The notes: a model not told the origin generated them from the sequence alone. A stretch of 62,344 bases of DNA, filler included, from Dimargaris cristalligena (GCA_003614675.1; 19 parts of 19 records of this genome joined end to end with filler, not necessarily neighbours in it); one strand, 5' to 3'. Numbered from the whole stretch's first letter, positions 40,935 through 52,688 are shown. Made by a program: numbers and translations.

Positions 40935-43900
40935 TATCAGAACATAGCAGGATTCTTTCAATCTTATCTCTATATTTAAACTCGTAAAGCCAACTCTTCT
41001 TCTTTAATTTTTTTTTTCGAAAAACGGTGACATAACCCCCAGCCATTCGACAATTCTATCTGAGGATTGCTAACCATAGCTCAATAACTAGGTTATCCAT
41101 CAATCAAAGTATGCCATAGCTATATTTTCTATACATAGACACCAATTATCCCATCTTATTCAACAGTTCTATCCAACATAATCCCAGCGAGTAGCTAACA
41201 ATATCCCGATTCCTAGTATCTAGTGTTTCACCATTTACTATTTCCTTATTCCTATATATAAACCCCATAGTTCCGGTAGGATTAGAAACAGCATGTTGTC
41301 AGTCGCAAGTAAATTCCGAAGTAACCTACTGATACCTTCAACTTCAACGTTTATTATCGTCAAGTTTGTTATTGGTTATTTCACATTTATTTTATCTAGA
41401 ACATCAATTATTACGCCCGGTCTATTCCATTATTTTTCTTTTAATAAAAATGTCTAAAATCCCTCGTTGGCCTTGCGATGGACCCGAACCTCCCGTTTAC
41501 AATACCGGCCTTTACCACCCATTTTGTAGTGCCAGGCCCTGCGGGCCCACCGGGTCTTGATACGATGCTAGTGTCTTGGTGGAATAACCCCTGCCATTCT
41601 TTAGGAACGTCAACCCCGCTCTACTCCATTATGCTCTGTGACTAGTGCACTTGAATTATAATTTTGTTTTCCCACTTACTTTATAATAGCATTGTGTTGT
41701 TTTTGATACATTATATTATTTGAAGTATTTTGGCAATACGTATCCTGAATTGGTATCTACAGAGCGGTGGAGACAATACCCTATTATATTTTTATGAACC
41801 CTTCAGAATGGGCATTTCATCAAGCCAGTCGATCTATTATTAGGTCCGTATTCATTGTCTATCTGGAATACTACTTACAGGATGATGTTGGAGAAGACCC
41901 CCCATGGTAATTAGCAGCGGGCACCACTCTTGATGCTTTAACCGTCCTTCACAACTGGCCTTTTGGTGGGGAAATTTATCGCCTCTTAATCTACATTTTT
42001 ATTAGGGGTAGGTCCATATGTTTACATTCAGACTCCCTGGAAGCGATTTCGTTGAAGAGGCGCCAAATTCCTCATAAAACGAGTTACATTTTTGTGAATC
42101 TTCATTAATCATGTATTCTCAATCCATATACCACTACTTTTGTATATTTTAAAGTGGTTTTAGTAGAATCCCCAGCAGAGCTTGCAAATACCCGCTTCCT
42201 ACAATAGGATATTCCCTTACTGATTACCAGCATTTCTAGTGCTTAATTGGGCATTTAATTATTATTTTTTGACACCTCTTTTCGCCTATTTCGCGTTTTG
42301 AGCCCTCGCCACTTGATTTAGCTATACATGGCTGTGCAGTAATGAAACCTGGAGATAATCCCAAATAGACATGGTAATTCACATTGGAAATTTAGGAAAA
42401 CTAACTCAGTTAGTGAATAAGCAGACATATAGCAAATGTACTAGTAAATAAATGATAGTAGGCGGACAAGATGGCCTTTCAAGGCCAATGGCAATAATCT
42501 AACCCATTGGGGAAAGTCTGGATTACTTGGTTTTTCACCTCGGGTTGACAACTTATCCCTATGTAGCCCACCGGGACATCTAGGCTTAAATGTATTAGGA
42601 AAGGCAGTCATGTAGCCATACTCGGGATTCAGCAACACTAGGTGCACTCCTCATTTGGTCGAAGTCTCGATTAGTATATAATACCCGCTGATGGATTGGG
42701 GAAACAATATAGCTGTGTTGTGGCCGGACCTGCTTAATCTCTAATAGCATATCCCGGCCAAACTATTTTTAGTTTAGAAAAGATGAAGAACACCANNNNN
42801 NNNNNNNNNNNNNNNNNNNNNNNNNNNNNNNNNNNNNNNTTAATTAATTAANNNNNNNNNNNNNNNNNNNNNNNNNNNNNNNNNNNNNNNNNNNNCAGGT
42901 GGTCCTACACCAATTATGAAACGATCTTGCTTGGGAATCTGCCAAATGTAGCACCAAGGCGGCGGAATACCATTATGGGATAATAGGGCAGCTCCCCTAC
43001 CACCCTGATATCAGGGTAATATATTTAGGGAGTATAAGTAAAACAAAGTACAGGGTGGAAATAGAACTTGATATTAAATATAATATATTCAAGCTGAGTT
43101 GATATTGGGTGGATTGCACTTTTCCCTCACCTCTTGAATTGAAAAAGGGAATTTGAATCCCAATATTAGTGGTGGAGACCCCTACCCTGTGGAAAAAGCA
43201 ACAGGTTACACAGCTGTGCAACTTTTGGGGTTCATCAACAGGATTGGCTCTCATATATTTCTTTTCAGAGGCATACCACCTTTACCACTTCTGTTAAAAT
43301 GAGTATTATATAGGAACATACATTTGTAGTGCCATCTGGAGGTTGGCACTTATCCCCAGACTATGGACAGCCAGTCATCATCATCAGGGGGCGGAATATA
43401 CCATAATATACAATGATGGTATCATTCCCAGCATTTTCACACTGAAATTACTGCCTATACTGTGACATACACAAAAAAAATATATCTTTATACTCATGGT
43501 TTGCATTTAAAAGTCTGACCTATTTTTTAGTGGATTCCTTGTCATTCCATCTGGTTCCATTCTTGACCCTTTTTCTATGTCCCTTTCCTTGTATCCAGCA
43601 GCCCCTAAGGCCCATAGGATAGTTACATAAGTAACCAGTGAATTCCCACTTGTTTGGAGGACAATCATTGCTCATTTAAATTTTGAAATTATTTTTGCTA
43701 TTCCTTAAACTTGACCATGACTTTTATTGATTACTAATTATTAACTCCCTTGTTTTTAATATTTCTCAATAAGCTTTGATACTCCTCATTTATCCCCATC
43801 CCCCATCTGATTTGCTAACCATCTACCCCTCTGAAACCCCAACATGATGACACCCAACTCTGCCCCTGTCTCATCTAACTTCATGAACCTCCCATCTTCA

Positions 43901-44188
43901 ACAACCAGGGAGCTGGCCACTGCAACTTTAGGCCATGCTGATAAGGAGGCCACTGCCTCCTTGTGAGACCCAAAATCCACTGGCAATAGGCCAGACCTCC
44001 CAGGTAGTACACATTACATGGACCACTGTTGACTAAATGACCTAGTATTGGTTGACAGTCCCTATATTGTATCCTGCAATATAAACCCATCCAACCAGAC
44101 ACCCAATAACCAACCTCATTCTTTCAGCTCTACACTCCCTTCCCCTCTCTTTATCCTCCTTCCTACCCCCCTACTTGACTAAATTACC

Positions 44189-46016
44189 ATGAAGCTCACC
44201 ACTTTGATCTTTACTCTCACCATTGCTGCTTTACAATTTTCATGTATGGTGGCCAGCCCCACAGTGTATAGCTTAAATACTGGGATGCATTCTTTCACCA
44301 ATCTACCCATTGAGTTGCAGTGTATTATTGCCCAAAAGCTGGATGGTTATGTACACCAGCAATTCTTTCAGGTGAACAAGCATTATCATGAACTGGTAGA
44401 AAAATCTGCCCATTTTATTGTAAGTATAGAGTTAATGTGACCAATGACAGGTAAAACTCTAAGGCGGATTTTATTATTGTACAAATGATTATTATGGACT
44501 GCTGGTAGAGGTTTTTGTCTCATTATATCACCTGTCCATTTAGACCATCTTGATACTAACTAAGGCAGTCAGTGGAAAGGCAGATAAGGTGGAACCTGGG
44601 AAAAAGGCCTGCTTCCAAGATCCCAGTGCCCAATAACTATCAGCTAATAATATTATATGCACCTTTCCTTGATCCTGCAGATCAATACACCTTGACAGTC
44701 AGATAGATTGATGTATTTGATTCAGCAGTATATCTACTCCTACATTGGAAACTTACCTGGCAACAAGCACAATAGGGACACAACCACCAATTATGACACT
44801 GAACAGGGGGCCCGGGATATTCATGCCAACTGGATGGCTCTCTTTAAGCATGAAACCATCATAAACCTTACTGATATCACCAATTATCATCAAGGTTACA
44901 ATCCTATAATTAGGATCAGGTATGATATGTCAGATATCCCTTTAATCAAGACTGGCTCATCAAGTAGTGTACTACTAGTAGACAACCTAGATGATAAGCA
45001 ACTTTACACAGAGTTTCCTATTCTTCAACTGGCTGATAGTCAAACTATCCCTAAATTTACCAGATACTTATCCACTCTATTTGTAAGTGATTTAGAGAAA
45101 GTGGTAGGATGGGCATTTTTGTGAATCCTAGATCACAGGTTCACCAGGGCCGATACAGATGATCTTCCCTCACACATGTCCTTAGTTGAAGAATATTTCC
45201 TTGGCACACCTACCCTGGAACCCTCGGATTTGACTGCCTATCTCAAGTGTCTTGACAACCCAACCCAAGTGGCCTCAACTGACCACCTCAGTTTTGAGAG
45301 GTTCATCCCATCATTAAATGATAGTTGGAATTTATTTAATGACAATGAAAAGATCAAGATGTTCCTGAGCCAATTCACAATGGACTCCTTGAGGTCCTCT
45401 GATGCTGAGGAACACCTTGGCAACCTCACCCTGAAAGTCCCATTCTATAATAGCCACATTTTGGAAACCACTCTTGCTCACATTATCTGGTGTCTACTCC
45501 AGAAAGTGACTGCAGCTGTTCCCAGTCATCCATCCCAGTCTCCTTTTAACAAGGTCAAGGAATTCTTTAAGTATTCACTTGATGAGGTTTTTAAACTGGA
45601 TACTATGGATTTATACTTCAACCATGCTATTGTTGCCCTTATTCACACTTGCTCTTACCACTCAATCACTCACAATGCTAGCTCAAGATGGGGAGGATCT
45701 GTCCACTACAGAGTATATTAACATTATAGCTGCATTCTTTGACCAATATCTGGAATAGGATCTGGGAGTAGTATCAGTGGATGAGGCATTGGATAACATT
45801 TATGCACATAGCTACTTTTCTATTATGAAGTGGTGACCCAACTATCTCTATTGTTTGGGTGTATATGGACCTGACAAAGCCCATGATTACCTACTCAATC
45901 ATTGGCCAATGTTAGATAGCATCAGTGAGCATGCCTCAACTGATCTGAACTTAAGATGGGTAACTCCTTCCTTCGAGCAAGAGGATAAGCCTGCTGTCAT
46001 GATAAGGTGTAGGGGT
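44189..46016 (+). pseudogene. Secreted protein with an N-terminal F-box-like motif, pseudogenised
   Basis: Signal peptide MKLTTLIFTLTIAALQFSCMVA-SP, then FTNLPIELQCIIAQKLD...FFQVNKHYHELV; GTAAGT donor at 44420; ORFs 44708-45124 and 45176-45721 are in frame across a TGA; further breaks downstream. Confidence 0.6.
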
Positions 46017-46067
46017 TGTAAAGAACTGAAATCAAATCCTTGAAAACTGAACTTTATTTGAAAAGAT
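46017..46067 (-). mobile_element. Family D LTR-like terminus
   Basis: Identical to 3164-3214. Confidence 0.7.
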
Positions 46068-46167
46068 NNNNNNNNNNNNNNNNNNNNNNNNNNNNNNNNN
46101 NNNNNNNNNNNTTAATTAATTAANNNNNNNNNNNNNNNNNNNNNNNNNNNNNNNNNNNNNNNNNNNN

Positions 46168-48103
46168 CAGTACACTACGGGCGAATTTTGGTTCCCTCCG
46201 CCGACCACCGGGATGACCAATTCTTTGGGGCTGAACTCCGATATTCTGAAACAATGGTCGGACCTGGTGTTCCCCGCCGACCGGCAGCCTCTGCAAACCC
46301 TGCCAATGGCCCAGTTCCGGCAATTAAGCCCATCCGCCTGGTTGCAGTTAGCGTCGCTTTTGGTGACCCAGGGCATTTACGCGCACGCGGCTAATTCGGG
46401 GGTGGGGCAAGACCAACTCATTGCTTTTCTTCAACTGGTCTTGGCTTCGCCGGCCCGCTTCGGACTAGTGGGGGTACTTCGTGCCCTATGCTTCCTAATG
46501 ACCTATCCGCGGAACCAACCCTCCAACCACGTCCCAACGTCATCCGCGGATGCCTCGACGCCCGTGGGTGGCACTACGACAGGACTGGCTACGGCCCTGT
46601 TGACTTCCTTATTAGAATCGGAACAATTTCCGCCCAGTCTACTCTCGGTGATCGCCCCCGGTGTTTTGGCTATGCTCAAGAGCCATGGATATGGATCGCC
46701 GCATTTGCACCAAACACCTACTCCGCTGTACCACCATTCCCACCATACCCACACCCAGTCCCCCCGGCTACTCCACCCGTACCATCACCATAACCCCCGG
46801 TCATCCATTTCGGGCCAGTCGGCTCCCCCGCCGGTGCCTCCGTTGGCCGGCCAGCAGCACCTATGGGCCATCCGGGCCCGGTTGGTTTCGTATAGCCAGA
46901 CTAGTCAATATCTGTGGACCCATATCGATCCAGACCGACTCCTGTCCCGTTTAGCCCAAGTACTCCGCCAGGCCCAGTTTCAAAACCCGGGTCCTTTGGC
47001 AGCTAGTCTGGGGAATATAACGTTGCTAACGGCACATAATGGCCTGGCGCAAGGTAGGGGAGGACTGCTGAATAACGACGAAAATAGAATGGTGGAAGAT
47101 AGAATAGAAGGGGAAGGATTCCTATCAGCTGACCCCGAATGGGAGTGCGATTGGGATACCGTGCCGGATTGGAAACGAATCCACCAGAGCCTGCCGACGG
47201 TAGATATGGGCCTCTTTACCCACTTGGTCCGATTCTTAAACCCCACCAAATTCGTGGAGCTGGTCATGGCCCCCGTCTTGAACCCCGCTTCAGGACTATC
47301 CCCACTTTCATTAGGTAAGTTGATTATGTAACGTTAAGTATATCTTTTACCTAGGGCTTTACCATGCTATTTTATTATATATATACATTTGTCTTGCCGC
47401 CTTATTTGTCGAATCTAGTATTAAAACAGAAATACCGATCACTGCTGTTCTATTTTTTTGTCAACTATAGCTGAACTCGTGGCCTGTCTGTTGAGCATTC
47501 CATTGATCGATGCCGACTGTCCCCGCCATCAGGCCCCATACACGGCCTTTTTCGACACTCTACTACCCCAGTGGTTCACCACGGGTGCCCTTGCCACCTA
47601 CGACCAAGAAGTCACCCTCGGCTATATCGTGTTTTATTGCGCCACTCTCATGCTCATATTCAGTGGCCCAACCCCCGGGCAGTGGCTCCTCCACCCACGA
47701 TGATTCTACAATGATGGACGAAGACGGCCATAAGAGCGGTAATAATAATAACAGCCGACATGACTTGGGAATGATTACCACTCGGACCCTCGACCTCCAG
47801 AGATCCGCGGACCGAACCGTATACCGGTTTATACGCTGGTACATTCACTGGCTAGGCTCGGTCCACGGTGCCGACACGGGTGACGGACCTGGCGGTAGCG
47901 ATGGCGGTAGTAATATCCTGGACAGCTGGAATCGGACATCTCCGAATATGGGGGGATTGGTGGTAGGCGCCGGTGATCACCGCCGCCGGCAACTCTTTCC
48001 GTCCCGGCTGAGATATTTACCCTCGTCGGGTGTTTTGGATGTACTTCTCCAGCACCATCCCACTTGCCAGTGGGTGTACGATATATTTAAAGAGTCGGTA
48101 TAG
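46168..48103 (+). CDS. 3' part of a large helical protein, probably Mediator subunit Med5/Nut1; intron 47315-47418; apparent 1-nt frameshift near 47675
   Basis: QW...F...LSPS..LQL...L..Q...A......D.L...L..........LVG.LR.L resembles the Med5 C-terminal region; the GTAAGT...CTAG intron joins in frame to ORF 47458; coding continues in the frame of ORF 47510-48103. Confidence 0.55.
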
Positions 48104-49084
48104 AGGAAGAAACACCCAATAACTAAACAGTATATATAACAAGTATAGCTTTGTCTTTCCTTCAACTTACAATGGGTGTGGTCTTGCCTTTCTTCTTTGC
48201 CCACCCAATCTTAAATAGTTTTTAGCCCTTTTATGGCACCTTCTGATTCTTAGGTGGTCGTTGTAACTCAATAAACAAAAAGTCTCTGAACAAACTAAAC
48301 CACTATTGCTTATTAAACGCAAACTTGATTAATCGTCTCTGGCGGTGTTGGGAGGCTGCATTGCCACCAATCGGCCTTAATATTGGGGGAGGTTCAATGT
48401 GACTGTAGAACGGAAAATCCATTTGATGAGACAAGTATCGCTGGTTAAAAAAAGACACTGCCCGACTTTAATATTTTATAACTATCAATTAAAGTACTAC
48501 GCAGGGGTTTGAATTTCACTTATATGGCATCAATAACGTACTATTGTGACTACCAGGATTGTCCTTCTGGATATAGAACGCCGAACAAGTCATCCTGAGG
48601 ATTTGGGACCAATTATTCCAAACCGGTTCCCGTATAGATCTTATTCCGAGATTAATACGGAGGCTATTTAAAATAGATAAAAGGTGGAAAGGAACTCAAG
48701 GAGCAGTTTAGACTTTTGTGATGATATTTACTAGGTATATTTTGGCTAATCAGATATTGTTATATATGTGACGTATAGTCTAAACCCTATTGATCTAAAT
48801 ACTGCAGCAAATATATTAGTTGGGGGAAAGGTTAGGAATCACAAGGCTTCATCCCAATGGGACACATAGCTTCCCCTTAGGCGTGGTGAGAGAGTGACTC
48901 ATAAGTAAAATAGTCCTGGTGGGGGTAATAGTGTAGTGCAGTGAGCACATTGGCTATCAGCCTTTACTACCTGGCTATTTATTCACCTGGTGATTCCAAT
49001 ATGAAGCTGATGATTATTGATATTTTCAATCCTTATGCCCAATTTCTATTGATATGACAAGTTTTATAAGAATATTTCCACACC

Positions 49085-49329
49085 TGTTGCCCAGGTTAAC
49101 CACTCTTAGTCTGTCAAGAGTCCTGGGGATAGGCTTCTAACAGTAGGTGGGGCTCAGACTCAGCCAAGTGGGCTGCTAGCATTAGGGAGGGATTGGTACT
49201 AACTAATAAAGGATGAGTGTAGGCTAATGCAAGGGACGTGCAGTGGCACACTTACTGGCTAATACAATGGGTGGGCATATAAGGAGTTTATTGAGGTAAA
49301 CTATGGGGGTAAGAAATAAGCTAAGGAAC
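49085..49329 (+). mobile_element. Family A, 5' partial copy
   Basis: TGTTGCCCAGGTTAACCACTCTTAGTCTGTCAAGAGTC start. Confidence 0.8.
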
Positions 49330-49429
49330 NNNNNNNNNNNNNNNNNNNNNNNNNNNNNNNNNNNNNNNNNNNNTTAATTAATTAANNNNNNNNNNNNNNN
49401 NNNNNNNNNNNNNNNNNNNNNNNNNNNNN

Positions 49430-49891
49430 TTGACAAATTATGCATTATCATTTATCGATAAATGAGATTGTGATTATGATTGTGATCGTAGAGTGTTGAA
49501 TGAATTTGCAATGTGATTGTGATTATAAGAATGATTGTGATTGATGAATTTGCAAATTTATATTGTGATTGTGATTGTGAATGTCGAATAAATTTGATAA
49601 ATTATGCATTATGATTTATCGATAAATGAGATTAAGATTGTGATCGTATAATGTAATATTATTTATCGATAAATATTATTGTGATTGGGATTGATTTTGT
49701 TTGTGATTGAATGAATTTGCAATGTGATAGTGATTGTTGAATGTAAACTCCATTTTAATATTCAATAATAGACACTCCATATTTTAGCTTCCAATTTTCA
49801 AAAGTCCGCTATCGATAAACCTTTATTTTGTTGGTCAGTGACGAAAAACAATATTTTTTCGTTTCCTGTTTTTAAAAATAGTTATCGATAA
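49430..49891. repeat. Degenerate repeat array with GATTGT units and five TATCGATA palindromes
   Basis: TTTATCGATAAA at 49451, 49615 and 49662; TATCGATA at 49810 and 49883; ~55-nt direct repeat at 49430 and 49594; TGAATGAATTTGCAATGTGAT twice. Confidence 0.85.
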
Positions 49892-50004
49892 AACTGTTTG
49901 TTGTAGTGCAAAAATCACAAACTATTGGGAGTTGTATAAAACCCAGTTCCATTGGCATGCAGACGTAATCGTCTCACATTCATTGAAAATCGGAAATTAG
50001 AAGC

Positions 50005-50682
50005 ATGTCGGAATCCCAAAGTATCGAAAGGAAAAATTTTAATAATTTACTCACGAATGAACAAGTTGATGCTTTGCAAAGTTATTACTCGACAGTTGAA
50101 AAAATGCCTCGAAAAGCGGCAAAGACCGAATTATCAAAATTCCATGGAATTGAGCCGGTAGTTCTAACAAAATGGTTTCAATCAAGGAGGAACAAGGACA
50201 AGGCGGCATTGAAGAAACAAGCAATTATAAACGAGAAGAATGATGATCAAAACCAAAAAGAAAAGAAAAATGTTAAAATCAACGACACCATGACTAACCA
50301 AGAAGATGAAGGAGAGAAAAATTTGAATAGCCAGGACTTAATCATGAAAGCAACAAATGATGATGTTGCACTCAAACTGGTTCCTGATCAAATCGATTCT
50401 GTCAAAGATACGCAACTTGCAACAAACGACATAAAAATCAACGACCAGAAGGAATCTACAAGCAAGAATACAACCAAAGTTTCGAAATCCTCTTCCAAGA
50501 ATTTCAACAAAGGGGAGTCAGTCAAAAACGTTTCTGATAAAGTCGAACCTCTCCAAAATGAACAAGTTGCAACGAAGGACGACAAGAAGAAGAAGAAGAA
50601 TAACGACCAGAAACAATCTTCAAGCAAGAAATCAACAACCAAAGTTCCGAAATCCGCTTCCAGAAATTCCAAGGGTGTTTAA
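50005..50682 (+). CDS. Homeodomain protein with a K/N/S-rich, internally duplicated tail
   Basis: LTNEQVDALQSYY...P......ELS...G........KWFQSRRNKDK matches the homeodomain helix pattern; intronless. Confidence 0.85.
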   Translation: MSESQSIERKNFNNLLTNEQVDALQSYYSTVEKMPRKAAKTELSKFHGIEPVVLTKWFQSRRNKDKAALKKQAIINEKNDDQNQKEKKNVKINDTMTNQEDEGEKNLNSQDLIMKATNDDVALKLVPDQIDSVKDTQLATNDIKINDQKESTSKNTTKVSKSSSKNFNKGESVKNVSDKVEPLQNEQVATKDDKKKKKNNDQKQSSSKKSTTKVPKSASRNSKGV

Positions 50683-50793
50683 CTATTTATGATTATTTTT
50701 TGTTCGACTTTTACTTCAAAGTCCGGTTAAAACCCTTTACGAAGAGCAAGGGACAGGTTTTTTTCTGGATGACCACAGAAATCGAAATGCGAA

Positions 50794-51838
50794 TTATTTT
50801 TTTCCTGTAACTCGTAACTGGTTTAACAGACTTACACGTGTAGATTCGCTCAATTTGTTCATTTGATTACGAATAATATCTCTGTTTTTTTCACGTTCAT
50901 TTTGCAAATTTTCATTGTGTGACGCTCCCATATATCTTATTCGATCATTGAATTCTGAATTACTACATTTGCGTTGTGTCGAACCCGATCCGCAAGAATC
51001 CCACATTGTCCTGAAACTATTCAATTCTTGCAAGGATACTGCTGTATCAGTCATCCTTTTATTTCTTTTGCTGTCCAATTCTTCATCATAGTTCACTCCA
51101 TTTGTTATTAAACCGAAACCATTGAGAACCGATTGTGATTCTCCATTCTTACCACTCCTAATGAACATAATATCACCGTCAGAAACAATTGATGCACAAC
51201 CATTCGATGAATCGAATCCACTGAAAGGCGTTATATTTTGAATATCTTGTCCAACAACTTTTTTTTTCGTTTCTTTCAAACAAATTATTGAATAATTCTG
51301 GAGTACACTTTTTTGAAAATTGCGCGATTACAGGTTGTTCCAAATCATCATATTTTGTTGATGTCGGTCGATTGTTCAACATGTCTGAAAGGACTTGTTC
51401 TGCGTCAAAAACATCATCTATCACGCAATTGTCTGTTGTTATTTGTTTACTAAAATCAGGTTTTCCTTTTTTCCTCTCGCTTCTGCCTGAATTTGAGGAT
51501 TTTGTTTGTGATAAATGAGATGATGGTATTTGATTGTTAAAATGACCATTTTCCTGGCGAACACTGGCCTCAAGTTTGACGCGATCTTCAAGCTCTTTTT
51601 GGCTTTGAAGATCTTGATTCAACATTTCCTTACATATCATCTTCAAGTAGGTATAGCATTTGTTCAATGTGTGAAAGTCCTTACCAGGCAACTGCGGAGC
51701 TGACCGGTCAGGATGCAACAAAAGACTTTTTCTTTGATAAGCCTTTTGGATCTGTCGAATATCCCTACATTCTCGTGGAATACCAAGAAAATCGTAGGGG
51801 TTCACGTTTAACACTGAAGGCCTAGAACCTGAAATCAT
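50794..51838 (-). CDS. J-domain (DnaJ) protein of NCLDV-like type, split by a frameshift at an A9 run (~51259-51267)
   Basis: NPYDFLG...IQKAYQRKSLLLHPDR J-domain and a later FNNLFE motif; removing one A fuses ORFs 51179-51838 and 50794-51279 (FERNEKK-VVGQDIQ). Confidence 0.75.
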
Positions 51839-51919
51839 TATGAGAACTTATTGCACTTTAATAAATCATACTGATTTTTCTTGAAACAGTCAGACGCAAT
51901 GTTATTGTTATTGTCATAT

Positions 51920-52345
51920 TTAACAGTTGAACCAGCTGTCTGCATAAACAAGCCTGATTGGAATGTTTGCTGACAAACTTGTTGGTTGGAGTGTGCCGAA
52001 TGTACCATTAGTGATTGTGAGATTTGGACAGTTTTGGGTCGACACGATCGTCAAAAGCTGCCCATATTGAGGCTGAGAAGGCATGACAATTGTCAATTGT
52101 GTGAAAGCTGTACTACTTTGGATTATGGCAATAGTGCAATCTATCGGAATATTAAGCGTGCCGAGATCGAAGGGTTGGGAAAGCGCGATACCAGAGACGA
52201 TAAGATTCGTGGAGATGTTAGCTGATTGTGTCAAAATGTTTCCAAATGAATAGTTTACAAATTCACTTTGCGCACTTTTGAGAATCATCAAAGATGAACT
52301 CTTTTCGGGTTCTTGTCCGACAACAATGTCACTTTCTTCATTCAT
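51920..52345 (-). CDS. Hypothetical beta-strand-rich protein (141 aa), possibly virion-associated
   Basis: Clean ATG-to-TAA ORF; LTIVMPSQPQYGQLLTIVST...IRLVY...W pattern recalls phage/viral fibre-type modules (inference). Confidence 0.65.
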   Translation of the reverse strand: MNEESDIVVGQEPEKSSSLMILKSAQSEFVNYSFGNILTQSANISTNLIVSGIALSQPFDLGTLNIPIDCTIAIIQSSTAFTQLTIVMPSQPQYGQLLTIVSTQNCPNLTITNGTFGTLQPTSLSANIPIRLVYADSWFNC

Positions 52346-52418
52346 CGTTAAATAGATTTCTAATAAGTTTCTAATTTGTTTTCAATAATATTTTCGTAAT
52401 TTATCATGCTGATTATAC

Positions 52419-52588
52419 TTAATCATCATCTAAAGGCCAGCACGTGGGCTTGCAACAACCTTTTGATATAGTTGCTTGATACATTATCGAACAAAAATCT
52501 TCATTGTTTGAAGTACATCTCTTGTGTCCCCGATTTAGTAGGTGGCCAAATTCGTGTTCGATCAAATAATTTTTGTACGTATCGAGGT
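52419..52588 (-). CDS. DUF3152-like zincin metalloprotease, C-terminal fragment (not in the ORF track)
   Basis: Manual translation LDTYKNYLIEHEFGHLLNRGHKRCTSNNEDFCSIMYQATISKGCCKPTCWPLDDD* fits the Y..Y.I.HE.GH....GH..C......(P/S)(V/I)M.Q.T....C.P..WP pattern. Confidence 0.8.
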
Positions 52589-52688
52589 NNNNNNNNNNNN
52601 NNNNNNNNNNNNNNNNNNNNNNNNNNNNNNNNTTAATTAATTAANNNNNNNNNNNNNNNNNNNNNNNNNNNNNNNNNNNNNNNNNNNN

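Noticed and set aside
50722-50769. Mimivirus-type terminator hairpin between the convergent homeobox and DnaJ genes
   Set aside because: Pairing is short and interrupted, and cannot be told from chance without folding statistics.
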